NCBI RefSeq assembly: GCF_009914755.1
Contig: NC_060937.1
Reading direction: 5' to 3' (one strand)
Length of the DNA stretch: 64,000 bases
From: the human T2T-CHM13v2.0 reference genome, Homo sapiens
The translations under genes were made by a program, and so were the position numbers. The notes under the pieces were generated by a model. That model saw only the letters and a list, made by a program, of their open reading frames with translations, did not search any database and was not told where the DNA came from. Positions 1 through 15,352 of the stretch are shown in pieces (the stretch's first letter is position 1; each line of letters begins with the position of its first letter).

Positions 1-289
1 CTTGGTGTTCAGCTGCAGCACCTCAGTAAGCCTCCACCATCCATGGTAGTCTTCCCTCTGCATGTCTGTGTCTCCACATGGCACCCCTCTTTCCTGCATG
101 TGTCTCTCTTCTTATGAGGATACTTCTCATAGTGGATTAAGGGCCTGCCCTAATTCAGTATAACCTTGCTTTAACTAATTACATCTGCAAAACCACCTTA
201 TTTCCAAGTAAGGTTACATTCTGAGATACTAGGGGTTAGGAATTCAATGTATCTTTTTTGGGTGGGGGGACACAGTTCACCTCATAGCA
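1..289 (-). mobile_element. MLT1-family (MLT1B/C/D-like) MaLR LTR, cut by window edge
   Basis: Matches the MLT1 reverse-complement motifs ttaactaattacatctgcaa...tatttccaagtaaggttacattctgagatactaggggttagg and the terminus gggacacagttcacctcatagca. Confidence 0.8.
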
Positions 290-333
290 ATCCCCATATT
301 CCAAATTTATCCAATAATCTATGTTGAAAATAA

Positions 334-866
<533 letters not shown>

Positions 867-919
867 CCTCTTTTTTTAATACTATCAGCAGTCTTTTTTA
901 TATGCTTCTATATGATTCC

Positions 920-1500
920 CTATGCAATCCATTCAATTTCTAAGGTGCATTTCTAATCTTATTGTTCCCTTTCCCCAAAACCTCCAATGGCTTCTCTGAA
1001 TGAAATTTCTAAAGCTTACTTCTTTGGCAGTCAAGGTCATCCATGATTTGACTCTCTCCTTTTTATCCAGTCTTAGTTCTCACAATTCTCATACACAAAT
1101 TCTGTGCTCTAATCTAGCCTGACTGCTTGTGATTTTCCAAAATTGCTGTACACTTTTCTATATCCTTAGTTTAATGCACGCTGTTCGCATTCATTGAAAT
1201 GCCTTCCCCATTTCCCCTCCCTACCTGTTAAACTAGTTACCACTCTTCAGTAGCACCTGAAATACCATCTCCTCCCAGAGCTTTTACCAGTTCCTTCATT
1301 TGGATGCTCTGTCACCTTTATTTGAACTCCCAGGTGCACACGTAAGCATATGGACACACACACCTACATCTCCAACCCCTAAACTGTAAAGCCCTTGAAG
1401 ACAGCGTGTGTGTCTTGTCTATCTTAACATTTCCCACAGTGGCCTAGGATGCTGCCTTGAATCTGTGAGCCCTCATTACAGGCGTTGAGTTGTTACTGAT
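920..1500 (+). mobile_element. L2 3' region, highly diverged
   Basis: L2-like motifs aaaacctccaatggcttc, gaaatgccttcccc and actgtaaagcccttgaagacagcg...tgtcttgtctatctt. Confidence 0.6.
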
Positions 1501-2134
1501 TAGAGCACACAAGAGAGTGATGTAGAGTTCAGAAGCACGAGCTCAATCAATAGGAATCAGAGTGCAGATAACCAAATGCGAGAAATAACTTATTAAATCT
1601 GTGCAATGCGGGGGTATTTCCGGGGGAAGAATTCTGCAGCTGCTGTAGGGAATGATACCTTGGCTTTCCTCTCAGGGTGTCTCTTCCCCCTCTGAGCCAG
1701 GGTTCTTTTATTTATCCTGCCCCATTTCATCCCCGCTATGTGAAAGGTTAGGTTGTAGCTCCTCTGAAAATGGTTAGAAGATGTGGCCGTTGGATCAATT
1801 TCCAGGACACATAGTTTATCTGAATCAATCTCATGTTCTATATGCAAATATCACAAAAGTGAGCAAAGTATTTAACTTGAGAATTTTATATTATCTACCT
1901 AAATGTGATTTCTTCTATTAAAACTACCAGTATGAAAAATTATGTTTCAAATTATAGTAAATTACATAGGCTAAACTTTAAAAATGTAATCAGTGATGTC
2001 AACCTTTATTAATGGAGGTATCAGTTGAGGAATTTCCAACCAGAATATTTATGCTAAATGCACTTGCTAAAATGTCCTTTTCTAAATTTCTTGGAATCAG
2101 TATTAGTATACAGTGCATTAATATAAGGCCAGAT

Positions 2135-2335
2135 GCTTAGCGGTGAGGGACACAGGCCCTGAATTTTCATTCCACCCCATTGCTAGCTGATTGGCTTTGC
2201 CCAGGTAGTTAGCCATTCCAGACCCACGTTTTCTCAGTTGTAATATGGGAAAGCTAATACCTACCTCAGAGGTTTGTTATGAGAATAAAATGAGATATTT
2301 TATATAAAACAGCACACTATCGGGCACTTAGTGAT
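2135..2335 (+). mobile_element. MIR SINE
   Basis: MIR core tttctcagttgtaatatgggaaagctaatacctacctcagaggtttgttatgagaataaaatgagata. Confidence 0.8.
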
Positions 2336-2809
2336 TTTTCAGTGAAATGAGGTGATTAATATTAATATTAATTATAATGTTAATATTAAATATCAGATAA
2401 TTTGAGATTTAGTGTAAGCATCAGTTTTAGAGTGGCAGACTCATCAGTTTTATTTGTATTCATTGAACTGTTTCAACAGTGCTTTTAAAGGTCAAGGGAG
2501 AGATAGGGAATAAGATAATTAATTTATCTTTAATTGGCTGGCATGCTGTATTTAAAGAAAGCTTTTAATTTTGAATGATAACTGTAATTATAACAGATAG
2601 GTAAGTTTCAGGGAAAGTAAAGACTTTTAAAGCCTCCAAATTGTCCCTTAAGTAATGTCAGAACTTAATGGTGAAGTGTTTCTACAATATTTTAATTTTC
2701 ATCTATTAATGATGGTGATTTCACTATTCAGCTTAGTGTAACATCAGTAAAATGTCAAGGATAATTCTAATATTCTTACTCTTAGTATTAAATAATTTTA
2801 TGAGTAAAA

Positions 2810-3560
2810 GAGATCGCCTCTTACAAATCAATAAAAAAGAAGCTTTAATAGATGAACAGATAAAGATAATGAACAGATGACTCACAAAGGAAAAGTATAA
2901 AATAACCATGAGAAATAACCATTCTCTGTAATAAGGGAAGTAAAAATTAACACAATGAAGTATGTATTTTTTCTCTTTCTAGCCTATTGTAATAGGAAAA
3001 CTTTTTAATAAAGAGTCAGGATCTAGTGACATTGATTACTCACCTAGAATATTGATGGCAGTGAAATTGGTGCAATACTTTTAGAGACAGTTTGGGAATA
3101 TGTATCAAGAATGACATAAATATTTATACCTGTAGACTCCCAATTCTGTCTTTGGAAATTAAAGCTAAGAATATAATACAAATGTAGAACAATATATTTG
3201 CAACAAAGTGTTCATCACAATGTTATCTAAAATTATGCAGACTAGATAGAAGCAGTATTAATGCTCAGCACTATGGAAATGGTTAAGTTAATCATTCAGT
3301 TATATATTGTTCAGTCAATACACGTGTATTACAATACATGTAAGACCATGTACCCACTTGAAAAATGTTGATAGTTGTATTGAGAACTACAATATAACAT
3401 TACATGTATACCATAATTAAAGTTTTATAAAAATATGTATGGAAAAAACCTTAAAAGCCCAAATAATAGTAGTGATTACCTAACAGAGGTGGTATCATGA
3501 TTCTATTTCCTCTTTCTACATTCTTTAAATTTTCTTTGCTATAGTTTTACAACAAAATTC
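2810..3560 (+). mobile_element. Old L1M (L1ME-like) ORF2 end and 3' UTR
   Basis: tacaaatcaataaaaaagaa...atgaacagatgactcacaaagg and gtgaaattggtgcaatacttttagagacagtttgggaatatgtatcaaga. Confidence 0.65.
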
Positions 3561-4299
3561 TAAATAAAATAACAAAAAAAAACAGCTTTTCTCATTGAGA
3601 TTTACTTTTGGGCAAATATATTCTTGCCTTGTGGACAAATTTATCTTGGCCTCTGGGGCAAAAGCTGAATGCTTAAATAGGTATTAATTAGCCCTAGATG
3701 TGGCACTAGGGAAGGAGGAAGACATCAGAGGTTAATACAAGTTTTGACTGGGATAATTTATACAATAAAAATTCATGTCTATGCTATTCTGGTGAGTTTT
3801 CCTTTAAAAAAGGTTAAGGATTTTTTTTAAAAAAGGCTAAGAATGGCAAGCATTTTAAATAATGAAAACCTGATGATAGAAAACATATTTCAGTATATAC
3901 CAAGTAATTCTAGCTTCCATGGCCAACAACTTAAGCAAGATTAGTTTATCTTGATCTGCAATTTATCATACTATTTTTCTGTCAAAATATATGAAATTTT
4001 GGATTGCATTTAATTTTCCAAAGATGTTTCTCTGAGTGAATAGGAAGGAATCATAAACATGTGACATTGTTTGGTAAATAAGTCACAGAGTTATGAAACT
4101 TTTTTTTAAAGCTTACTGAAGACCTATTTTTAGCCAAACCCAAAGGTCACTTTTTCAGTGACCTTCGAAAGGCTCAGGCACGTGATTTCTTCCCGCTTGA
4201 AACATTCTCTCCCTTTAGCTTCAAGGAAGTTACACCCTCATGATTGTCATTCTCTTTCTCTCTTCTCACAATATAGAATCATCTAACAATCTATAAAAT

Positions 4300-4525
4300 A
4301 CCTAGCTAATATCTATTGAGTTTTACTATGTAGTTGGGACAATTTTAAGCACTTTACAGGTATTAATTCAGTGAAGAGTCATAGAAGCCCGTTGAGGAAG
4401 ATAGGGTCATTATCCCCATTCTATAGTTGAGTAAACTGAGACACAACAGAGAGGCAGACTCACTCAAGTCCCTTAGTAAATGGCAGACCTGGGACTGGAA
4501 CTCAGCTGTCTGATTTCCTAGCATC
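4300..4525 (-). mobile_element. MIR SINE
   Basis: attatccccattctatagttgagtaaactgagacac...gtaaatggcagacctgggactggaactcag. Confidence 0.8.
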
Positions 4526-4879
4526 GGTGCTATACTGTGGCATCCTCCTGCTTCTTACAGTGCAGACAAGAAGCACTGAGAATGCTGAAAACCCAGATAT
4601 GGTTTAGTGAGGCAGGCATTTCTAGGAGAAATCCAGAGAGTGAAAGGTACGCAGCTGTATGATTAGGTGACATGATAAAAGCATATGTTTAAGAAGACCT
4701 AGAAGGCTAACAGAATTGAATACCACTTCTTACCATCAAATTTCAGAATGGTAGAGCTGAGTTCCTGGTGATATTCTTAGGCAAGATTCCTGCTGACTTA
4801 GGGCAGTGTCGGCCACCATGACAGTCAAAGGATGCAGCAGGATTAGTTTTGAGGACATGGGCTTTGTGTGGGGAAGAGG

Positions 4880-5370
4880 ATTGGTTTATCAACTCCACTA
4901 ACTTTGAGACTTTGGGTTTGTTTCTTGACTTCAGGTCCTGAGATTTGTTTCCTTCTCTGTAAGGATATTACTGCCCCGTTTACCACTCATTAAATAACTT
5001 GATAAATCATACTGGCCATTCATAGCTCATTCAGTAATTACATGAGAAAATATATTAAGAGCTCATAGCACAGTGCCTCGCATAAATGCAGGCAGAGTAT
5101 AGGATTGACATTCTCTTATGGGAATAATGGTGCCTGGCCAGGAACCATATGTCAGTGAGCCAAGGGAGCACCTTCAGGCTGTTCAGTTTTTACCTCAGAA
5201 AATTGTTTCAGGTCACTCCAGCATGTGGCAGGGGCTAGCATTTGTTGTCTGGGTAACCTTGGGCAATTACCAAACTTCTCTGAACTTCCATTTATTGATC
5301 TATTAAACAAGGATAATGACATTTACCTTGCAGGGCTCTGATGAGCATTAAAGTCAGATAATAAGGTCTT
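4880..5370 (+). mobile_element. Two MIR fragments (about 4880-5090 and 5240-5370)
   Basis: tagcacagtgcctcgcataaat and gtaaccttgggcaattaccaaacttctctgaacttccatt. Confidence 0.6.
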
Positions 5371-6059
5371 TAATCGCTAACCTACTTTCTTATTACATTA
5401 GTATTTGCTGCCATTTAGTAAATGTTACCATTGGAAAAGCCTTTGGCTCTGGTTTCTCCAGTTTTCAGTTTTATTGCCATCTTCTTCAGAGCTTAGCTTC
5501 TTCTCCCCATCTTTCAGTGGGATAATGAAATTACAGAGATTTTAATTCCCTAAAGTTTAGAAATGAGGAGAAGCTCATCTAAAAAATTGTATCCTGGAAA
5601 ATAAGAAAGGATCAAAAGAATTTTATAAAACAAAATGTCAGCTGGCAGGAAGAGATATTTCTGTTGGTTCAGAGCAAGGCAAATCTGAGTAGGAATAGAC
5701 ACAGCACTGACATTTCAGAAAGCAATGAAGTATTTGCTCAGGGACCTGTGAGATAATTTGTCATTTTGGACTTTGAAAGGAGGAATCAAGAAAGCAACAG
5801 TAAGCAGTTGGCTGACTTGGGAAACTGGTGTGCTCAAGAGAAACTCTTTTATTTGTTCAGTGCAGGTAACTTTCAGTGGATAAGAACTAGAGGGTTATAT
5901 TTTGTGAAAACACTTATTTCAGGAAGAAAAAAATAATGTCATATTAATCACCTCTTGAGCTGTTTTTGTGGTTTTACATAATGAATGATTAGTGTGCAAG
6001 AGGACTCAAAAAGTGACTTAATATAAGTGTTATTTCGAATGCGGATTCTATATAAACCT

Positions 6060-7400
<1,341 letters not shown>

Positions 7401-8149
7401 GGAGGGCAAGTTCCTCAAGAAGCAGGACACGTTTCCCTCCAAGACAGGAAGGAAAGACACAAGGATCAATGAAGGTGAAAAGGAGGAGAGTGAATTGCAG
7501 GTACGCCCTCGTTTTCAACTCTTGCCTGAGGGAGCAGTGGTAAATAAAAATAGCATTCATTTTATTTTATTCTTTTTTTCCTTGGAGTTAGTCTTGTTGT
7601 TTGCTTTTTAAAAGAAATAAGGATACTGTACCAGTAAACCATTGCAGGTTTGCAGAAACAAATCATTACCCATAGCTGTCACACATGCCAATCTGGAAAT
7701 GGTTTTCTTAAGGGAGAGAATTCCGGGTCACATCTTTCCAATGTGTTTCTCATATAATCAATATCCAGACTGTCTGAGATCAGAACTGGGGAAGTACTTG
7801 AAATGACTGACTGGTGTTTATGTCCTACTGGTTATATTGTAATTTGTAATAATAATTTCAGCAGTCATTGACTAAATATATTACACAAAACAAAAATGAA
7901 ATAATACCTTGGTAAGAAAAAAGCTGCAGGTATTAATATCTAATGTTCATTGTATGAGGTCAAACCATTTGACTAATTTTGAGCTACAAAAAGAGCAGTT
8001 TCATGGAGTTCAATCTGATAATAAGGCTAAAAACATGGGAGTTTCTGAGCAAGCGTGTCCTTCCAGTGAACACTAATGAGGGGCAGTGTCCACAGTGGGT
8101 AGAAGCCAGAACTGTGGCACCAGAGAGGGCTGGGAACATGTCTCTGCTT

Positions 8150-8340
8150 GATCTCTTATTAGCTGCATGACTTTGGATGTATGACTTCATCTCGCTGAGC
8201 CCCAGTTCTCTCATTTGTAAAATGCAGTAACAATAGAATCTATTTTGTAATATTTTTATGAAGATGAAATGAGATAATTTGTGTTCTTAGCAACATGCTA
8301 GGCATGTAGTAAGCACTCAATAGCTAATAAAGTGAATAAT
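8150..8340 (+). mobile_element. MIR SINE
   Basis: tagctgcatgactttggatgtatgacttcatctcgctgagccccagttctctcatttgtaaaatg...gcatgtagtaagcactcaata. Confidence 0.8.
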
Positions 8341-9319
8341 AGCAATAATAACTTAAAATCCATATAGCTATGTGAGGTTTTCGTAGAAGCATCTTGTTTT
8401 TAATAGAGCACATTGTATGTAAGGAAAATGCTGAAAATGGTAGAAATTAATATACACTAAATCTGGTTATGTTTATAGCTTTCTAAAGTCTTTCTGAAGA
8501 GGTTGACTTAATATGGTTTCCCTGGGCACCTAGAAATCATTATGCTGTTCTGATGAGTGTGTGGGTGAATACTTTGTTTATAATTAATTAGTTATGTTCT
8601 AGAAGCTCTTTGAATTGAGTGAATGGTTGAAACAGAACTCTGTGGATTGTTAAAGGTCAGTTTTATTCATTATGCTATAGTAAGGGTTATTTCCTTTAGG
8701 TAAAGAGATCCAAGCTGTCCCGTTCTTATATTCCTGACCATGGATGCTATATACTATGTAGGAGTGTCTACAGAGGTAGTGATTGATTTTAAGAAGAGTT
8801 GAATGCTGCTACCAAGTTTCTTTCTCGTGACCCCGAGTTCATTTAACTTCCATTTACTCTGGGTTACCTATTAGAAAATGAGAATAACAACAGCTTCCCT
8901 TATAGCTTGGGGCTATTCTGAAGACAAATGAGGCAAAATGTGGTGTTTAAGCATTTATTTAGTCAACACACTTTTACTTATTTTCTGCTCCCAGAGGGTG
9001 TACAATCTGATGGGGCAGATGGATGTACAGGTACACTACAGGAAAGTAAATGCAGTGAAAGACGCTTGCAGGCATGCAATAGAACCCACAGGGCTGGGAT
9101 GGCCCTGGGAGCTTCTCACAAAGGGTGGTGGTACTTGAGGCTGGTACAGGCTCAAAATTTGAAGAGGTAATTCCTGTTTGCTATAATTTAGAGCTATAAT
9201 ATGAAATCCTGGTTTGATTCTGTACTTCCTTAATGTTTAACTCCTTAATTCCTTGAAATTAATTTTATAAATACATATTTGCCAAGTAGCATTTCTAGGC
9301 ATTGGCGCAAGGTTCATCT

Positions 9320-10860
9320 CTTTAAAAAAAGTTATCCAGTGCCTATTATATGCTGAGCATTGTGCTGGGTTCTGCTTGAAATATGGCAAGAAATAATAAA
9401 TAACTTTTGCCCTTAAGATGTTATGACCTAGTTGAGGATTCTAATGCATTAAGGCAGAAAGAGATAAGTACACTCACAGAGATAGGAGACCTTATAGAGG
9501 CCCAGTTAAAGAAATGTCTATAACAGATGGAAAGTTTCATAGGAGAGATAGTAGGATCTTATCTGGATCTTGACAAGTGAATGGGACGTGGAAGTGAAAT
9601 GAGTAGTGTCAGCAAAGGCGGGAAACGTGAAATTGCATAGATTCTTTGAGTAGTTGGATGGCTAGAGGGCAGAGTTTGTGAAGAGATGCAGTGAGAAATA
9701 GGTTGGAAAAATGAGATGGGACTGTATTCTCCACTAAGATTCCTAACATGGAGTTCTTTCTGGAATGGAAGACCTAGGAACATATTTTACTACTCTTTAG
9801 GTAAAAGAATAATACTAAACTCAATGATCAGGCCCTCTCAGTGTGCAGATGAGCTATGTTTAGTTCAAGATTAGTGAAGAAAGCCTATTCTGAAATCTTC
9901 CCTTCCCACACAAAACTCAGAGAAATATTTAAAAGGAATGATTATAAAACCAACAAATTCATATCTGTGCTAACAGAAGAAAGCAAATGGGTTAAGCAGA
10001 AGCACATAAGAGCAGAAGCGAAATTTTTCTCACATAAAATAGGAATTCAGTAAGGAATTACAAAGACCTGCGGAAGGCTTCCATCATGAAAGAGATCACC
10101 ATTAGTTATTACACAAGGATTTGCTCCCAAGGAAATAGAAAAATATGAAAAATACTTTAAAATGAAAGTATTTCATATCTTTAGGGTGATAAATGTCTTC
10201 ACATTTATAAACAAAAACAAACGTTTACAAAATAAGAATGGACATTTATGAAGAACCTACTTAAAGATCTTGGAAATAAAAAATAAAATTATTAAAATGA
10301 AAAACATAGCTGATAGGCTGTATCACAGCCTGGGAACAGCTTAATAGTACACCAGTGATTTGGGAGATCAAGGAATTTTCCCAGAATACAGCACAGAAGT
10401 AAGGATATAAAAATGTATTTTAAAAAATTTAAATGACGTGGTAGACGGATTCATAAGCTCCAATATCCATCTAATGAAATGAAAGAGCAGAAGGTGAAAA
10501 AGAGAAAGTAGAATAAGGGGAATGTAGAAGAAAGAGCTGAATATGTAAGACATTTGGAATACTTGTCAAATATCTAGATATCAAGTGTGAAAATGGGAGC
10601 TGAAGAGGATCCAGAGAGACTAAATAGGTAGGCGACAGCGCCACTGAATACTGGAAGAAAAAAATTTGTGGGCAAAGCGTTTATTTGTTTTGGGACCTTT
10701 GGGTTTGGAGGTGCTGGAGAAACATCCCTGTGGACATTTTTATCCAGTACTAGAAACTTTAAGTCTGGAAGCTCAGAAGGGAGGTAGGGAAGAGAAAACA
10801 CAGAGGCGATACTTGAAGGATTTCAAGTGTATGATAGAATGGAAAATGTGATAAAAGGTG
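9320..10860 (-). mobile_element. L2 fragments (about 9320-9790 and 10560-10860) flanking an L1M insertion
   Basis: gtgcctattatatgctgagcattgtgctggg; gggtttggaggtgctggagaaacatccctgtggaca...gtctggaagctcagaagggagg. Confidence 0.55.
10050..10540 (+). mobile_element. Old L1M ORF1-region fragment
   Basis: gaattttcccagaatacagcacagaag and ggattcataagctccaatatccatctaat, typical of L1ME ORF1 coiled-coil/RRM region. Confidence 0.6.
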
Positions 10861-11453
10861 GTGTGAAGAATTCTATTTGATATACAATTGTTGTACTATG
10901 TGGTTTAACTTTATTAAATCAAAGTCAACTGTGATACAATGAGGTCTGCCCCATTAAAAATTTATCACAGTTAAGATGAAAGGCAACACATTTTATGTTA
11001 TCTAGGAGTTCTTTTTCATGTTTTGTGTTTTGTGTTTGGATTATGTAGTTTGGTTTATATTTGATATGTTAATTAACTATTGTGTTTGGTTATTATGAAT
11101 GTTTTTCCTTGTAAACAGTAATGTGGTTTAGTTTTTTTTTGTTGTTGTTCTACCATCCCCTTCCCAAAATCAATGACTAAATTATGATGGCTACTAAATG
11201 ATGCACGTAAGAGGTTCCCCCAAATAATCTGATAACAACAAATATGATATTTTAGGACCTGACTCCAAACTTCTAACAAGGGGTGGAATGATCATAGCTG
11301 CGAATTCTTAAGAAAGGAGGGAAGTTTCTGATTTTATAGAGTTGTTCTTTTGTATGTGGAGTAACATGCTGCTTTTATGAGGCAGTGGGTATGTAAGTAC
11401 AATATTTTTTCTGTGTTGTTTCAGTGCATTCTGGTGTTTAAGTCTGAGATACA

Positions 11454-11779
<326 letters not shown>

Positions 11780-12544
11780 CTAGACCAGCCTAGAGAATTT
11801 TCTTTGGTGCCTGTCCAGGTGGTATGTTGAACTATAGTGCTCTGTGAAGAAAAATGCCATCAATAATGGCATAATAGTATAGGATTAATTTATAATGATA
11901 GGTATAATGATATTTAATATATCAATAGCTTAATAAAAAACCCTTTTCCCCCCAGCATGGAAATATATCATTATTAAAGTACTACTGCACGAAATGATGT
12001 ACTTAGATCATTCTGTTGTGGTAAATTCTTCTCAGTAGAAGTTCTGAATCTGCCAGTGTTGACAGTTCTTTATTCCAAAGTGCAGTTGCTAGCAGGGGTC
12101 TTTTTAGTAGAAGACTTTAGATATATTACTCATGAGTTCTTAAATATGTATAAAACTGGAGAAACATTTTATAGTCTTGTTGGCATTCTAAGATACATGA
12201 TTGGAGTTCTGGGAAACATAGTTCTCAATCTTCACTGATGCCCCAGGAATGATTCCTGGTGCTTTACTTCAGGGACTGTGGCTATCATTGCAGTGAGGCC
12301 TTGTTCCCTATCTTGGGGGAAGAGTCACTTTAAATGGGATTAGGGTTTCTACTCAAGCTTATTTTGCAAATCCAGAAAGTGCCCATGAGAATAAGCCATC
12401 TGCATCTTTGTCACATACATGCCAACTGTGTCTCCATGTATATAAAGCATTCTTCAAAAAGGGGCATGCATGCTTTCCAAGGATATCATGCATGGCTAGT
12501 GTTAAGCGTTTGCAGTAACATGCTGCTTTCAAGATTCTCGACTT

Positions 12545-12827
<283 letters not shown>

Positions 12828-13709
12828 TTAAAATTGCCTGAGAAAGTGTCTGCTCCACACATTCCTCTTCACCTATCTGAAGTGTTAATATGGTACCTTT
12901 GCCCTAGGATTAGAAACTTTCCATGCACAGAAGAAAGGGATGATTAGAAATATTAGTTTTAGCTCCTTTAATGATTAATTAAGGAAACTGAAACCTGTGG
13001 GTTTCCTGTCTTTCTGGTCTTACATGTATTTCTAATTAGGATGAAGCTGGGCCTTGCAATGTAGATTAATGATACAGATTTTTTTTTTAATTACAGCTGT
13101 GTTTTCCAGGACTAACAAAGTTTAAAAGATACATTAGATAAAACCACGGATACATATTTCATATTCTTTCTTTCTGATTCAGTGGAGTTCTCCAGTAAGA
13201 TAGTTAAAACCCATTTTATCAAAGCATGTCATGAAATATTGATTTCAGTTAAAGTCAAGCCTCACCTGATTTTTTGTCTTATATTTTACTATTTCATACC
13301 TCTTATTAACAAAAAAATTAACTTTAAAACTTATAATGAAAAATTTGGAGTGGCAAAGAATATGTAAGGAGTTACATAATTTTCTTTTTTTAAAAGTTAT
13401 TTTAGGGGGAATGTGAGCAGAGCATTTTGAAGAACACCAAAACAAGTCTTTGAAACATCACCTAGGATTGTCTGGAGGCCTCAATTGACTCCTTCTTTCT
13501 ATAGGTTTACCTCTTTTGGTGCAGTACATATGCAACTTTAGAAGCCCCATGGCTTCCCCTGTATTCTCTCTGGGGGCTTTTGTCCTGGGGGACTTCTGTT
13601 GCCCTGGAGGACTCCTTAGTTTATGAAAAGCAATAACAGAAGGCAGGCTTCTAGGAGACAACTGGTGTGTTCTAGACCTTCTCTTTTGCAGTGCCAAATC
13701 CAGAAAGGA

Positions 13710-14095
13710 TGTGTTACTGGTTAAGACTGCTGGTTATGTTGTGTTAACAAGTGATCCTAAAATCTTAGTGGCTTGCAACTGCAGAGATGTAGTAGCTCTT
13801 GTTCCTCCTACATGTGTGCAAATGGGTCAGCTGTGGCTGTGCTTCTGTTGTCATCACTTGTGAACCTAGGTGGGTGGGTCATGTCTGGGAAAGAGACCTG
13901 TGGTAGTGGGAAAGAGACCAAGCAAACTACAGGCTAGGTCCCAGAGCTTGCACCTGGCCTGGAAGAGACATATCCCTTCTGCTCACTTTTCATTTATCAG
14001 AGCAAGTATGTAGCCAAACCTGTGTCAGTGGGGTGAAGAATACGGTCCTCCCTTAGGAAGGGGTGGTGAATATTGAAAGAACTAAGTTATGGCAG
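13710..14095 (-). mobile_element. Old MLT1 (MLT1I/J/K-like) LTR
   Basis: taacaagtgatcctaaaatcttagtggcttgcaac and cttctgctcactttcatttatcagagcaagtatgtagccaaacct. Confidence 0.7.
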
Positions 14096-14114
14096 GGTAC
14101 GGTGTTTTGGCAGG

Positions 14115-14250
14115 GTACAACAAAAATTGCATGAGATAAAGTTAAACAAGCAAGGAAGGCTTTATTTAAGGCTGTTGCCCTAGGGGAGGGAGACCAGAAC
14201 ACAGTCTGAACTCAACTTTGCTGAAACAAAGGATGGAAGGGTGGAAGGGG

Positions 14251-14293
<43 letters not shown>

Positions 14294-14545
14294 TTTTTGA
14301 GACAGTCTTGCTGTGTTGCCCAGGCTGGAGTGCAGTGGTGCAATTATAGAATTATAGCTCACTGTGGCCTTGAACTTTTAGGCTCAAGCAGTCCTCCTGC
14401 CTCAGCCTCCTGAATATCTGGGGCTACAGGCACATGCCACAGAGAGTTTTTAAGAGCTGGAATGGGGTTGGGATGGAGGTTGGTGTGGGTGAATCATTTG
14501 CTAATTGATCTTATCCAAAGGAAAAGTAAACTTTCTCATACTGCT
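14115..14545. mobile_element. Probable ERV LTR fragment (family not determined), interrupted by an Alu monomer
   Basis: aaacaagcaaggaaggctttatttaaggctgttgc...gagaccagaacacagtctgaactcaact...ttatccaaaggaaaagtaaactttctcata resembles MER/LTR-class antisense LTRs. Confidence 0.4.
14251..14440 (-). mobile_element. Alu right-arm monomer (FRAM/AluJ) with (TTTA)n tail
   Basis: (ttta)n then gagacagtcttgctgtgttgcccaggctggagtgcagtgg...ggctcaagcagtcctcctgcctcagcc. Confidence 0.88.
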
Positions 14546-14775
14546 CTGACCCCTTGGTTCCTACTGTAGCCCATCAGCTCACTGATACAGCCTAACCGAT
14601 TCCTGAGTGTTCAGCTACCAAAACCACATGGAGAACATTCTCTCTCCTCTAAGCCCTTTGCACAGAATGGGGATGAGTGGATGAGTGTGGCTCTTGAAAC
14701 CTCTCAGGTCTATTGATTAGGAATTTAATATAGTCTATAGTCTTTTAATATAGTCTAGATTTTATAACTTGGTTC

Positions 14776-14940
14776 TTTTTTGCTTTTCTTTCTTTCTTTC
14801 TTTCTTTTTTTTTTTTTTTTTGTAGAGACAGGGTTTTGCTGTGTTGACCAGGCTGGTCTCAAACTCCTAACCTCAAGTGATCAGCCCACCTTGGCCTCCC
14901 AAAGTGCTGGGATTATAGGCGTGAGCCACTGTACCCTGCC
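14776..14940 (-). mobile_element. Free left Alu monomer (FLAM_C-like) with its own TSD
   Basis: Left-arm sequence only; TSD ataacttggttcttt (14764-14778) / ataacttagttcttt (14941-14955). Confidence 0.9.
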
Positions 14941-14975
14941 ATAACTTAGTTCTTTCAAAGAAGAGGCAAGGGGGC

Positions 14976-15352
14976 TGATATGGTTTGGCTGTGTCCCCAC
15001 CCAAATCTCACTGTGAATCCTAGTTCCCATAATCCCCACGTGTTATAGCAGGGACCAGTGGGAGGTAACTGAATCATGGGGGTGGTTTCTGCCATGCTGT
15101 TCTCATGATAGTGAGTGAGTTCTCACTAAATCTGATCATTTTTTAAAGGGGCTTTTACCCCTTTTGCTCAGTGCTTCTCCTTGCTGCTGCCATGTGAAAA
15201 GGACATGTTTGCTTCCCTTCCCACATGATTGTAAGTTTCCTGAGGCCTCACCAGTCATGCTGAACTGGGAGTCAATTAAACCTCTTTCCTTTATAAATTA
15301 CCCAGTCTTGGGTATGTCTTTATTAGCAGTGTGAGAACAGACTAATAATACA
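14976..15352 (+). mobile_element. THE1 (THE1C/D-like) solo LTR
   Basis: Begins tgatatggtttggctgtgtccccacccaaatctca, ends gagaacagactaataataca; 5-bp TSD GGGGC on both sides (14971-14975, 15353-15357). Confidence 0.95.

Noticed and set aside
2355-3330. AT-rich quasi-palindrome (about 2355-2390) and 14-bp palindrome aatacacgtgtatt (about 3317-3330)
   Set aside because: Low-complexity or within an L1 relic; consistent with chance
14251-14940. Alu right arm and left arm looking like one split Alu
   Set aside because: The left monomer has its own tail and 15-bp TSD, so these are independent insertions
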